A stretch of DNA of 64,000 nt from Camelus dromedarius (Eukaryota): NCBI RefSeq assembly GCF_036321535.1, contig NC_087437.1, positions 50,160,001 to 50,224,000 of the forward strand, in the 5' to 3' direction. Positions 50,210 through 62,518 of the stretch are shown in pieces. The position numbers and the translations under genes are program-made. The notes under the pieces were generated by a model that saw only the letters and a list, made by a program, of their open reading frames with translations, made no database searches and had not been told where the DNA came from. Every line of letters begins with the position of its first letter. Within the stretch, counting starts at the first letter, position 1.

Positions 50210-51058
50210 CTTTTTTTTAATTGAAGTATAGTCACTTTACAATGTTGTGTCAGTTTCTGATGTACAGCATAATAGTTCAGTCACACCTATACATACATAT
50301 ATTCATTTTCATATTCTTTTTCATTATAGGTTACTACAAGATATTGAATATAGTTCCCTGTGCTATACAGTATAAACTTGTTATTTATCTATTTTATATA
50401 TAGTAGATAGCCTCTGCAAATCTTGAGCTCCCAATTTATCCCTTCCCACCCCCTTCCCCCCTGGTAACCATAAGTTTGTTTTCTATGTCTGTGAGTCTGT
50501 TTCTGTTTTGTAAATAAGTTCATTTGTGTCCTTTTTTTTTAGGTTCCACATATAAGTGATATCACATGGTATTTTTCTTTCTCTTTCTGACTTAATTCAT
50601 TTAGAAGGACAATTTCCGTGTCCATCCATGTTGCTACAAATGGCATTATTTTATTCATTTTTATGCCTGAGTAGTATTCCATTGTATAAATATACCACAA
50701 CTTCTTTATCCAGTCATCTGTTGATGGACATTTAGGTTGTTCCTATGTCTTGGCTATTGTAAATAGTGTTGCTATGAACATTGGGGTGAATGTATCTTTT
50801 CAAACTAGAATTCTCTCAGGATATATGCCCAGGAGTGGGATTGCTGGATCATATGGTATGTCTATTTTTAGTATTTTGAGGAATCTCCATACCATTTTCC
50901 ATAATGGCTGCACCAAACTACATTCCCACCAACAGTGTAGGAGGGTTCCCTTTTCTCCATAGCCTCTCCAGCATGAATCATTTGTGAACATTTTAATGAT
51001 GGCCATTCTGACTGGTGTGAGGTGATACCTCATTGTAGTTTTGATTTGCATTTCTCTG
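50210..51058 (-). mobile_element. 5'-truncated LINE-1 (~850 bp)
   Basis: TSD aaattatcactat (50197-50209)/aaattaccactat (51059-51071); ORF2 remnant [17 protein letters not shown]...LLHCWWEC. Confidence 0.93.
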
Positions 51059-51156
51059 AAATTACCACTATATCTCTTTTCATCTGTAGTGCCTTAATTT
51101 CTCCCTGATCCTTTCCTGCTGACTTTTTTCAAGCAAACTCTGGATATCATAACATT

Positions 51157-51911
51157 AATTTTATTATTATTATTATTTTAATTTTTTAATTTAACTATAG
51201 TTGATTTACAATGTTGTGTTAGTTTCTGGTGTATAGCATAGTGATTCAGTTATGCATATATATATTTCTTTTCATATTCTTTTTCAATATAGGTTATTAT
51301 AAGATGTCAAATATAGTTCCCTGTGCTATACAATATGACCTGTTGTCTATCTATTTTTTAATTGAAGTGTAGTTGATTTACAATGTTGTATTATTTTCTG
51401 GTGTGCAAACATAGTGATTCAGTTGTTTTATATATATATATGTGTATGTATATATATATTCATTTTCATACTCTTTTTCATTATAGGCTATTACAAGGTA
51501 TTGAATATAATTCCCTGTGCTATACAGTATGACCTTGTTGTTGGTCTATTTTATATTCAGTAGTTAGTATCTGCAAAACCCAAACTTCCAATTTATCCCT
51601 CCCCACCCCCTTTCCCCTCTGCTAACCATAAGTTTGTTTTCTATGTCTATAAGTCTGTCTCTGTTTTATAAATAGGTTCGTGGTGTCTTTTTTTTTTTTT
51701 TTTTTTAGATTCCACATATAAATGATATCATATGGTATTTTTCTTTCTCCTTCTGGCTTACTTCACTTATTAGGCAATCTCTTTGTCCATCCATGTTGCT
51801 GCAAATGGCATTATTTCATTCTTTTTATGACCGAGTAGTATTCCGTCATATATAAATACCACATCTTCTTTATCTGATCATCTGTCAACGGACATGTAGT
51901 TTGCTCCCATA
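51157..51911 (-). mobile_element. 5'-truncated LINE-1 with two tandem copies of the terminal ~190 bp
   Basis: Two successive 3' ends (~51160-51355 and ~51356-51550) inside one TSD gatatcataacatt (51143-51156)/gacatcattacatt (51912-51925). Confidence 0.85.
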
Positions 51912-52382
51912 GACATCATTACATTCAATCTGTAAATGAATATTTCTAAGAGATAAATACTTTTGCCTTAAGCTGCATTATCATTACATCAAAATAAACA
52001 AGCCAACAGAACCAAAAACAAAAAACAAAAATACATGGAAATAATTTCTGCAGTCCCTTTCAATTCTAACGCTTTAAGGCCCAAAACCTCCCACAAGCCA
52101 GACCTTAGTCAGTTATAGCCATCCTTTCCTTAAAATTGAAGCTTTTTACTCCATTCTATAAGTGACAAAATGTTTTAGCATTTTTACCTGATAGGCTCAC
52201 TGATCTCCAATTCTGAGCTTCAAACCAAAAGGAAATGTGAAAAAGTTAGAGAGAATTGAGTAAAGAGCCAATCAAAGGTTCAGATGTTCAAAAGAAGGCA
52301 GATTCCTTATGAAACATTAAAGAACTAGAATTTTTCTGACTAAAAAGGAGACACACCAATAGAGTAAATTAGAAACAAGAAG

Positions 52383-52500
52383 CATTCATTCATGCATTTT
52401 TTTTGATTCATTCATTCAACAAACACTAATTGAATACTTGCTTTATGCCGAGGACAATGGTAAGTGATGGGAATGCAAATATGAATATGACACAAAGCAT
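52383..52500 (-). mobile_element. LINE-2 3' tail
   Basis: cattcattcattcaacaaacactaattgaatacttgctttatgcc. Confidence 0.75.
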
Positions 52501-53484
52501 TACCCGCAGAAGTGTGGCAATAAGCTAGTCTCTATCTTCAATTAGAGAAAAATTAATAGCAGTGAGACTTAGTATGTAGTGGGAAGACTAGCAAAATATT
52601 AAAGTGAGTTTTCAAGGGACTGTGGGAATCTCTTTTAGACGCATGAGATTTCATTTTTATTTAAGATGGCTTGAATATATAGAGAGGATAAAAAATATCT
52701 CTACTTTCAATTGTAAGGTTTTATAAACCCTGATTTGATACTTGGGTAAGAAAGTTATAATGTACATGGTAGATACTATAATGATTACTATTACCTGTCT
52801 GCCTATACATAAAGGTAAATCCACCCTCATAATTCAAGTTTCTTTTTCTCTGAAATGGAAAATGGAAAATATAACCTAACTTCACATCCCCAAACAGAAG
52901 TCATAGATATTCGAAACACAATTGGAAGATGTAGATGATGGTTAAAACTCATTTCAATTTTCCTTCTCCCTTCGCACTGCCAGTGTTCCTGTTACTGGGA
53001 TCTCTTATCTGATGACTACAAGATCTTTAAGTTGCTAGGTCACCATAGTAATTTTGATGCCAGCAGCTTGAAAGACCAGTGACTGAGAAACACCACGTTA
53101 AGGTAACTCAGACTGCAAAAGGATAGCCCTAGGCCAGACAGTGATACGAGAAATGTTTGCCCTCACTGACACCTTCTTACTCATCCCCTGCACCCTGACA
53201 CATAGCCTTCACATTGTTTGTCCATTGAGACCTTTGCTTAGATGAAGCTCTAGCTCCTGACTTTTTATTTTCCTTTTGTCTCCCACTCACCCCAACCAAA
53301 GAAATGCCCCTACCCCTACCTATGCCCTATTCACCCAGAGTCATCCTTTTACATAAAACTGACTTTTTAAGGTAGTATGGATATAAAAATAACTAAGTTG
53401 GTTTGCCCTCCCCAAATTTATATTTTCATTTTCATGAGGACCTCCTAAAAGCATCAGTTGGTTATTAATGGAGAATAGGTGTGT

Positions 53485-53700
53485 GCAGAGCACTGCATTT
53501 ACTAAGAGCTTTCAGATACATTGTCCAATTTAACCTAATCACCACAGCGGCCTCATAAGATTTATATCATTTTACAGAAAAAGAAACTGAGGTCCAAACA
53601 GACTAAGTAGCTTTTCCATGATCAGCTGACATTAAGAGACAGTTATTTCTCATTTCAAATTTCATCCCAATATCTGGAAGCCTAAGTGCTTATAATCTTC
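53485..53700 (-). mobile_element. MIR SINE
   Basis: cattttacagaaaaagaaactgaggtcca. Confidence 0.75.
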
Positions 53701-54269
53701 CTGGTGGAACACAAGCAGGGCCATCCCCTGCCTAACTCGGAAGGAAGCAGCCAGCACTCACCCTCAAGTCGTGACTCCTTGGTGCCTGGTCCTCTAGCTT
53801 TCTGATTCCAAGTGCTTTGTTATGTTGTTGTCATCCTTGTTATCTCTATTCATTTATTTTGTTTTGTTTCCACAATCTCAGAATCTGTGACTTAGAAAAT
53901 CCCTTAATGCTAGGAGACATTTCATTGTGGATATTTTAGACCCTGTGGCCCTCAAGTAGCAGAGAGAATTCCAAATGGAACCACACAGGCAACCCAGGCC
54001 AGCTCTCAGACCCTGGTTCTTGTACAAGAAGGCAAAGTCAGCCACAGAAGAGGGAATGTCTTGGCCTCTGGTAATTGAAATGAGTACTACTAGATTAGTC
54101 AATAAATCATAAAAGAGGTAGTCAGGCTTCTTTATAAAGCAGACAGCACTAAGACCATCTAGGGTCAGCTGAGCTGCCTCTGGCTTTCACTGCACAGAGG
54201 GCCTATGTTTAAGGGAACCTAGCTAGATTCATGTACATCCAAATCTGTGTGATAACACATCAGCTTGTA

Positions 54270-54405
54270 GCAGGGAGGGCACCCTTCAGACTGGGAGTCT
54301 AGGTATCTGTGGTCTAATCCCAGATCTCACTAGCTCTGTGACCCTGGAAAGTTGTTTAACCTCACTGGGGCCTCAGTTCTTTCATCTGTAAAATAGGAGC
54401 ACTGA
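54270..54405 (+). mobile_element. MIR SINE
   Basis: ctagctctgtgaccctggaaagttgtttaacctcactggggcctcagttctttcatctgtaaaatagg. Confidence 0.8.
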
Positions 54406-54504
54406 GAAGAGAACATTTTGGCCGAATGAAAAGTTCTAACACTGTCTAAGATGTACTATATTATATTCTTTCCTGGAAGGACATAACTTTGTGCAAGGAG
54501 GCAG

Positions 54505-54712
54505 ATTGCTACATGCCCTGGAGTTAGTCAGCCTGCATTCAAATCTCAGTTCTGCCACTGTCTTTGGGCAATTCACTTAACTTTTCTAAAACTCATTTTT
54601 CTTATCTATAAATGGAAATAGTAACTAATGGGAAACCAAACGATGTAATGCAAGTATGCTGATGCGCAGAGTGCCTGGCATACAACAAGTGCTCAATAAG
54701 TGTTAGTATTAA
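54505..54712 (+). mobile_element. MIR SINE
   Basis: ttcaaatctcagttctgccact...tttcttatctataaatggaaatagtaa...agagtgcctggcatacaacaagtgctcaataa. Confidence 0.85.
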
Positions 54713-55129
54713 TTCATATCACATTTTTAAATGTTGCACATCCTCTACTGTCAACTATCCACAGATTCATGTGCATCAAGAATGGAAATGATTCATTCTG
54801 CCTTTTTAGCTTTCCAGTTTCCATGTAAATCTGGAAAATTGTTCTTCAGTTCATAAATTCAAAAAAGTCTGATTAAAAGCTCTCTTTGCCTTGTTATGGA
54901 ATCTCATTTGATTCGTTACTGCCATGAGCTGGTTGACTGAGCACCCACTATGTGTCAAACACACTGAAAAAAGGTAAGTTTAAAAAATATCATTGAAGCA
55001 AAACCAATATAAAGAAATATACTCCTAATTACTTTATTCTTGACACTGTCCTTTTGTGTTATGAGCCCTTAGACATGGCTATTGAAGTTAGTCCAGCAAG
55101 GCAGTGTATATGCTTTATGCTATTTATTT

Positions 55130-55675
55130 ACCTCAAAAGATTCATGACCACATATTCTGTACGTGGTGCTGTGAAAATCACTGAGGCAGATGCAAATTAA
55201 ATACCCGATGCCTGGGAGCTTGTAATCTTGTAGGAAAGATGCTACATACACAGGTACCTACCAACCAAAGCATGATTCAAGTGATATTAAAGAGGTACAG
55301 TGTTCCAAAAAATGAAAAGTTACTTCTGGCTAAAGGCAGAGGGGACTCAGGGAGGACTTGTTGAAGAGGCAGTATTTTAAAACTGCTCTTTTAGTTGTGA
55401 GCAGTATTCTAAAGGTAAAAGATGGGTTTTAAGGAGGAGAGTCTCTGAGAACATCCCAGGAAGAGTGAAAGGCTTCAACAAAGACATAGAGCCAAATCCA
55501 GAGTCCCATCTGGTTGGTGTGTGAGACATAGTGGAACATGAGCATGAAAACTGGAAAAGGCACTGCTAGGTTGGGGAAGGCTTTTGTCTCCACTAAGTTG
55601 AGGTGTTAGTAAACAGCAGCAAACTGCTGATGATTTGAAGAGCAAGGGTGCTTTAGAAAGATCCATCTGGTAACA
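55130..55675 (-). mobile_element. LINE-2 fragment (diverged)
   Basis: gggagcttgtaatcttgtagg...catcccaggaagagtgaaaggc...gatgatttgaagagcaaggg...tttagaaagatc. Confidence 0.6.
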
Positions 55676-57207
55676 GAAAGAAAAACTTCTTTCTTCTAAA
55701 AGCTAAGACAGGATCATTGAGGGCCTATGGTGCTCCAATGTAACATGGAATGTCAAAGCTTCCTCTTGGAAGCAGCACTGTTATAATTTCAGCAATAGAT
55801 GGTATACAAATACCTAGCTAAAGTCTGGTAAGTATCTATAGGCACTTTTGATGAGAGCAACACCATCTGTGCCCCATGATCTATTGCTCATTTTCCCTGG
55901 AAAAAAACACTACAAAACATGTTCCTCAAATTTATTTATTTATTCTCAATATCCCTAAAAGGTGGGATAGCCATCCCTAATAGCATATTAACTGATCGAA
56001 TGAAAGCATTATAGTAAAGCCTGCAGCCCTTATGGCAGGGCATTGAAGGTACAAGGCATATGTCATAAAATTAAATTCACAAAACCTATACCCTCTTGAA
56101 TCCCAGCTTTCAATTCTGGTAGCGTCATAAATGAAACAGGCTTGGTGGCCTCCACCTCTCCTGGGAACTTTTGTTTGATTTACAAAAACAGGGCATGATT
56201 TGACACACTCGGCATAATTAGTATTCACTACTTAGGAGAATGCCCCAACAGTTAGAATTCAAATGTACTGAAGCCAGCCCTGAATTTCTCTATATCCCCC
56301 TCCTGTCTCCCTTTTCCCTCCTCTCTTTTTTCCTGCACTCTCATTTCCTCCTCAGAGGACCACGCAAGCTAGAGAGAGAATAAGTAAATCCCAGATGTCA
56401 TGGGGGCTCTACACAGAATCGAGGAACAAAATGCATGTTTCAGCCACGGCCATTCTGCGAGGCTAGCAGAGGCTGCTGTTATCTGCTCTGCTGCCCAAAC
56501 CTCTTCACGCAACTGCTGATTACACAGTGTTGGTTCCACATTAAGAATTTTCTGGAAAAAGCCCATTTCAGAGAGGGTTTGCTGAGCATTTAACAGTGCT
56601 TTGCTAACAATCATTAAAGTTATTACTGTAACTTAAATAAAGTGAGCATAAATGTGTAGAAGATGTTGTGGTAACTACTGCTCACAACGTATTAAAAAGT
56701 CCTCTTTTCCCAAGCTCAAGAGTTTGCCAGTTCATTTTAAATCTGCTTAATTCCTGTTTTAGGGGGCCTTGTGACAGTCTTCCAAAAGTTAGCTGACAAA
56801 ACTGTGACTATATTTAGTTGTTTATTACACACCAACTCAAGGTGGTTCATGCTGGTAGACACACAGAAAAGCGAAGAAAATTGGAGCTCATTAGCAGGAG
56901 AGGCCAGGAAAGCTTTAGGGAAATTCTGAACTGGGAAATATTTGTTAGAGAATTTTGGTTACTTCCAAGGGCAAAAATAATCTAAGCCCTAAACAAGCAG
57001 TATAAACAAGTTAATTTTCAGGTTAAAATGGACAACGAAGAGATGATGATGAATAGAAAAGACGGACCCCAAACTCCAAGGAAATGGACAATATCTTGGA
57101 TTTCTTGATCCTTTGGTTTGATATGGTTGACATTGCTTCCCCTGGCTTGTAGCCTGGAAATGCAAGGGAAGAAAATCATTTTGAATTTTGTTTCTACCAA
57201 ATCTTAC

Positions 57208-57317
57208 ATATGCCATTTTGGAATCATCACGGGTTTAACCAGGTGGTATCCAGATAAATGACAGCTTCTGCTGAGTATGTGGCAATACAGCAACGCAGAA
57301 ATGGGATCAAAACTAAC
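57208..57317 (-). other. Weak candidate exon (110 nt; internal NAGNAG acceptors would give 63/60 nt)
   Basis: ctccttgacttgcag|GTTAGT...GGCATAT|gtaaga; open frame VSFDPISALLYCHILSRSCHLSGYHLVKPVMIPKWH; lies in a TE-free block. Confidence 0.25.
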
Positions 57318-57899
57318 CTGCAAGTCAAGGAGGGCCTCTGCAAACTTCACATCCAAATGAACACACTGCATTTGTTTTCTTCTCTGCATAACTATTTTTA
57401 TTAGATGTGAAGGCCCAACTTAAGCGTAGCCTAGAAACTGTTTCAACTGCTTATTAGTGGTTGATTCCCTCATTAACTAATGTTGAAGTGAGGGGAACAT
57501 TGACATTTAAGAGCATCTACTCATGTCTGCATTCAAAGCCACAACATTTTTATTTTATCCTTTGTTTTCGTGAAGGTTTGGGCAGGGGAGCAATTCCTGT
57601 TTTCTTTCATTTCTTGGAATAGAAATGGAAATTGAATGCTGCTCTTAAAATCAGTTTAAAAAGTAGTTTGAAACTTAACTCCATAAAAGTCACATAACCA
57701 TAGGTGACAATGGCCCGTGATTGTACCTCAAAGATTGGTCACTGGCAGTTCATTTATATTTTCTTTTCTAACATACTCCCTCACTCCCACCCCCACCCCC
57801 ACCCCCCATTACTACCACCACCATTACCCCAAACAAAATAAGCTACTTTTGAATGAAGGTTTATAGAAAGGGCTAAACAGAGTAGCATAGATGAGTAAA

Positions 57900-57918
57900 C
57901 AGTGTCACCTAGTGGACA
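57900..57918 (-). promoter_or_regulatory. CTCF-like motif
   Basis: Minus strand tgtCCACTAGGTGACACTG vs consensus TGGCCACCAGGGGGCGCTA; one mismatch at a strong G position. Confidence 0.35.
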
Positions 57919-57974
57919 GGACAAGAAAAAAGCCAGTGAATTGGCGCAAATGGCAATTTGGGCCAGCTGTCAGC

Positions 57975-58028
57975 TTTGGGCCACATTTCCCCCTTACTTT
58001 GGCCCACATTTCCCCCTTACTTTGTCCC
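57975..58028. repeat. 23-bp tandem duplication (2.3 copies)
   Basis: tttgggccacatttcccccttac / tttggcccacatttcccccttac / tttgtccc. Confidence 0.92.
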
Positions 58029-58159
58029 TCTATTATCATGAGCAAATGAAAAAGTTCCCTTAAGGAGACACCAAAAAACAACTATAAATAAACCAAAACC
58101 CCCATGGCTTTCACTATCTAGTTCTCTAGTTCCTTAATGAAGGTATTACCCAAATAAAA

Positions 58160-58300
58160 ATAACAGTTAGCATTTAATGAGCATTTTCCATGAGTTAATA
58201 TTTTGCTAAGTGCTTTACCCAGGTTCTCTCACATAATCATCCAAACAGTCCACTTATTTGTTAGGGAGTTTGAATGACATGTCCAATGTCATAGAACCCA
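58160..58300 (-). mobile_element. MIR SINE fragment
   Basis: taacagttagcatttaatgagcattttccatg...tgctaagtgctttac. Confidence 0.7.
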
Positions 58301-58839
58301 ATTGTGGTAACCAATGCAGTAATACCCACTAGTTAGCACCGCATACACACAGCCCAAGGGCAAGCAACGAGATCTTGGAGGATAAATGGATGCAATAACA
58401 ATAATTAGATACATAGTAAGCATTTACTGTGCCCCAGACTACTTAGGGGATTCAAAAATGAACTGATATGGATCCCATCCTCTAAGAATTTATAGTCTAA
58501 ATTTGTAGAGTACTTTAAAGTTTACATCACTTCAACTTCTGACTTTAGAAACGAAATTTTATGACTCATCCAGGTTCACACAGATAAGAAGTGGCAGCTC
58601 TTCAGATTTAAAAGAAAGTTCATTACTCCGTCTCACGCTGCCTCTTTCCCAAATGCAGCTGCTACAGATCTCTGGTTTTATGACAAGGGGTGGAGGATGA
58701 AAACAGCAGAGAGATGACTCAGGGACTAGTCATCATGGGATCAAGGGTGGAATGTCCTTTTTTCCACTCTACCGCCTCCAAACCACCCCGGCCCTGAGAG
58801 AAATGACCGTAAATAAATTTTCTCAATAGATTAGATTAA

Positions 58840-59360
58840 AACAAATCATTTACATTCTTACATCTCAGAAAATGAGAACTAGAAGGGAACTTACATCTGA
58901 AAAAGAATATACATGAAAAACCTATAGCTAACTTCATACTTAATCATGAGAGAGAGGGGACTTTCCCCCCAAGATCGTAACACTGCAAAGATATCCTCTC
59001 TCATCACTCCGATTCAAAGTCCTAGCTAGTGCAATAACACAAGAAAAATAAATAAAAGATGCACTGATTAGAAAGGAAAAAATAAAGCTGTCTTTATTTG
59101 CAGATGACGTGATTGTTAATGTAAAGAACTCTGAAGAGTCTACCAAAAAAAAGAAAAACTTATGGAACTAATAGTGATTATAGCAAGGATGCAGGAAATA
59201 AGAATAATATACAAAAGTCATTGCTTTCCTACATGCTAGCTACGAACAACTTGGATATGAAATTGTGAAACAATACCCTTTACAATACTACCAAGAAGAA
59301 GAACAATGTGGTCATAAATCTAACAAAATACATATAGGAACAGCATGTGACAAATTACCT
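58840..59360 (+). mobile_element. Old LINE-1 ORF2 (RT region) fragment
   Basis: cctatagctaacttcatacttaat...gtcctagctagtgcaataacacaagaaa...tctttatttgcagatgacgtgatt (LFADD motif). Confidence 0.9.
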
Positions 59361-59964
59361 TCAACAGAGAGAGGAAAACCTTCTAGTATATAAAATAGGT
59401 TAATAAATATAAAAATAGGTTAAATAAATTAAATAGGTTAATAAAATATTTTCTTTATCTTTGTAAAGACTGAAGAATTCTGCCAGAGGTGAGACTCTAG
59501 ATTTCAAAATCCTAAGATTAGTAGCCCACCAGAGGCTCTCTGGCCCCCTTCTCGTTTCTGTGTTCTTCTTGTGGAATAAGGGAGCCATAATCAGGAGTGG
59601 CATATTCAGAGTGCCCTAACTCATTTAGGAAAGCTAATGAAATAACAAAAAGGAAAAAAGAGTAAGGTTTTTCATTAAAAAAAAAAAAAAAAACCACCTT
59701 AATACTGTCAGATGGAAAAAAAAGGAACAGCTGCAGCATTTCTTCTGGCTCCAAAGACATGATACTGCCTTTCTTAACTTTCTTCCAGCAGTTAAGATTC
59801 CAGATCTAAAATTCTTTAAGCTTCTTTCTAAATTAAAGAGGTCATTTTAGCTTATTGAATGGAGCTGAGAGATACAGCTGAAATTTCCTACTTACCTTCA
59901 ATATTATCAGTACCACAAAGAAAATTCATCTGCATATATCATGTAAAATAAGAACAGGGTGGCC

Positions 59965-60100
59965 CTTGACTTGTATGTTGTATAATCTTTGTGACTCTGT
60001 GCTAGGCAATTCCCAAAGTTCTTTACACATATTAGCTCATTTAATACCCACAACAACCCTATGAGGGGGGTGCTATTATTACCTGCATCTTACATAGCTA
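59965..60100 (-). mobile_element. MIR SINE
   Basis: tttacacatattagctcatttaataccccacaacaaccctatgagg. Confidence 0.8.
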
Positions 60101-60341
60101 AGTATAAATGAGAAATTTTTTTTAACATTGCAGAGTTTCCTTTAAAAGTTTCACTTTGGATTTCTTTAGATAGCCAGCAACCTATAATATGTGTCAACTA
60201 AAATACCTTATATTTGATTCCTTCATAACACTCGAAGAAGCTATTTTTTGTAAAAAGCAAGGTAAATTGGTGTTGTGGGGCCCTTGTGTGGTGGTAGAGA
60301 GGCAGGAAGTGTAACTCAGTCAAGAGGCACCTCTGTAAACT

Positions 60342-60560
60342 CAGTGACGTGCTGGTCGGTGTTTAACAATCAGCCCTCCATTTAAATAGACAGAGCAGTG
60401 GAAGAGAAAAGAAACAACAAAGAAAGCCCTGATTTTTTTAGTGTTAACCCATTTTTGTGTATAAATACTCTCACCGTTGCCAATTATAATGCTCACAAAG
60501 TTCCTAACATTTCACAACAGGCTCTCAACCAGTCAGTAGGAGCTGGCTCTAGCACAGCTA
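60342..60560. mobile_element. MER63-like hAT element inserted in an L2 3' end
   Basis: cagtgacgtgctggtcggtgtttaacaa...aaagccctgattt...taaatactctcacc...gagctggctctagcac; L2 tail follows to ~60666. Confidence 0.8.
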
Positions 60561-61409
60561 GCAAAGCTTCATGAAGACGGGGTTTAGGACTGTTTTGTTC
60601 AACCTAGTACCTAACACAGTACTGCTGACACTAAGCACTCAAGAAGTATTTGTTGAAGAAATGAATTAGTGGGTTGATGAGATGCAATGAAGTAAATTAG
60701 GTAGAAGTGAATATAGTATCTTCCACTAGTTGTAATATAACCGGGACCTTGCTGCTTCTGTGACATCATAGTCTCTATTTATCATGATGGTTGTGATTTG
60801 TGCTGCAATTCTGTTGAGGGAAGTGGACTATTATCTCAGCGTTGTGCTTTGTTAATCATAATGGAAGTGCTAAGAGAGTTAAGATTCCTGACTTTGTGTT
60901 TTCAAGAGAAGTGAAAAAAGAGACACTAGATTTATTTTCGTGCAGTTTAGTCAAACATCATATTTATAATTTTTAATGTTATTATTTAACCTCCTGTAAG
61001 GAAAAAAATAGCTATGTTATATAAATCTGAAACTCTAACCTCTAAGCTATTGAGACAATTATTTTGACAACCAAATATTCTTAGAAACTCAGTTGTTTCA
61101 TTAGAACAAAAGAGACAGGGGACTAGCTCTTCACTACCACTGGGTAGTTTCTTCTGGCTCCTGGAAATGATTTTCTTGTAGCACACATTGGAGAGAATGT
61201 CAGAAGGAAACTAGTCATCTATTCATTCATCAATAGGTAACTGATTTCAATCTGTCTAGTACAAATTGTTTGCACAAACTTTAGAACCTATGAGAGATGG
61301 ATGCAGACATTATAAGACCATAAAATTTTTAAATAGCAAATGAGGAAGAGTAATAGGGCCCTGACATAGCCTGAACTGAGAATCAGACCAATCTAAAGTA
61401 TCTAAGCAG

Positions 61410-62481
61410 GAAGGAAACCATCAACAAAACAAAAAGACAACCTACTGAACGGGAGAAGATATCTGCAAATGATATGACTGATAAGGGATTAATATCCAAC
61501 ATACATAAACAGCTCATGCAACTCAGCATCAAAAAAACAAACAACCCAATTGAGAAATGAGCAGAAGACCTGAACAGACATCTTTCCAAAGAAGGAATGC
61601 AGATGGCCAACAGGCACAGGAAAAGATGCTCAACATCACTAATCATCAGGAAAATGCAAATCAAAACCACAATGAGATGTCACCTCACACTTGTCAGAAA
61701 GGCTACCATTAAAAAAAAACACAAATAACAAATGTTAGTGAAAATGTGGAGAAAAGGGAATCTTCATACTCTGTTGGTAGGAATGTAAATTGGTGCAGCC
61801 TCTGTAGAAAACAGTATGGAATTTTCTCAAAAAAACCAAAAATAGAACTATTATATGATCCAGAAATTCCACTCCTGGGTATATATCTAAAAAAAAAAAA
61901 AAAACAAAAACACTAATTCAATAAGATACATGCACTCCAGCATTCATAGCAGCATTATTTACAATTACCAAAATATGGAAACAACCTAACTATCCATCAA
62001 CAGATGAATGGCTAAAGATGTGGTGTATTTATATACAATGGAACACTACTCAGCTATAAAAAAGAACAGAATTTTGCCATTTGCAGCAACATGGTTGGAC
62101 TTGGAGGGCATTATGGTAGTGAAATAAGTCAGACAGAGAAAGATAAATGCTGTATATCACTTATATGTAGAATCTAAAAAATTCAACAAAAAATATAACA
62201 AAAAAGAAGCGGACTCAGAGATATAGAGAACAAACTACCAGTGGAGAGAGAAAAGGCAGCATAAGGTTAGAAGAGTAAGAGATACAAACTGTTAGGTAGA
62301 AAATAAGCTAGAAGGATATATTGTGCAACACAAAGAATATAGCCAATATTTTATAATAACTGTAAATGGAGTATAAACTTTAAAAACTGTGAATCACTAT
62401 ATTGTACACCTGTAACATATATTGTACAGCAACTATGCTTCAATTAAAAATTTTTATTTTATTTTATAAATAAATAAATAA
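61410..62481 (+). mobile_element. 5'-truncated LINE-1 (~1.07 kb)
   Basis: TSD taaagtatctaagcag (61394-61409)/taaagtgtctaagcag (62482-62497); ORF2 3' part, 3'UTR, (TAAA)n tail. Confidence 0.95.
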
Positions 62482-62518
62482 TAAAGTGTCTAAGCAGAGA
62501 GGCCAATGCCTTCCAACC

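Larger units (their letters stand above)
50125..51990 (-). mobile_element. Old L1MC4/5-like 3' end split by two younger L1 insertions
   Basis: aaaagtagagagaatagtac...cccagcttcaaaaattatca / aagcaaactctggatatcat / tctgtaaatgaatatttctaagagataa. Confidence 0.6.

Noticed and set aside
52250..52740. Possible CR1/L3 remnant (also ~4740-5700)
   Set aside because: Resemblance too diverged to set boundaries without an HMM search
59896..59929. 34-nt minus-strand exon-like unit with AAG|gtaagt donor
   Set aside because: Acceptor lacks a good pyrimidine tract, and joining it to the 57.2-kb candidates gives stops; it could only be a UTR exon and is unsupported
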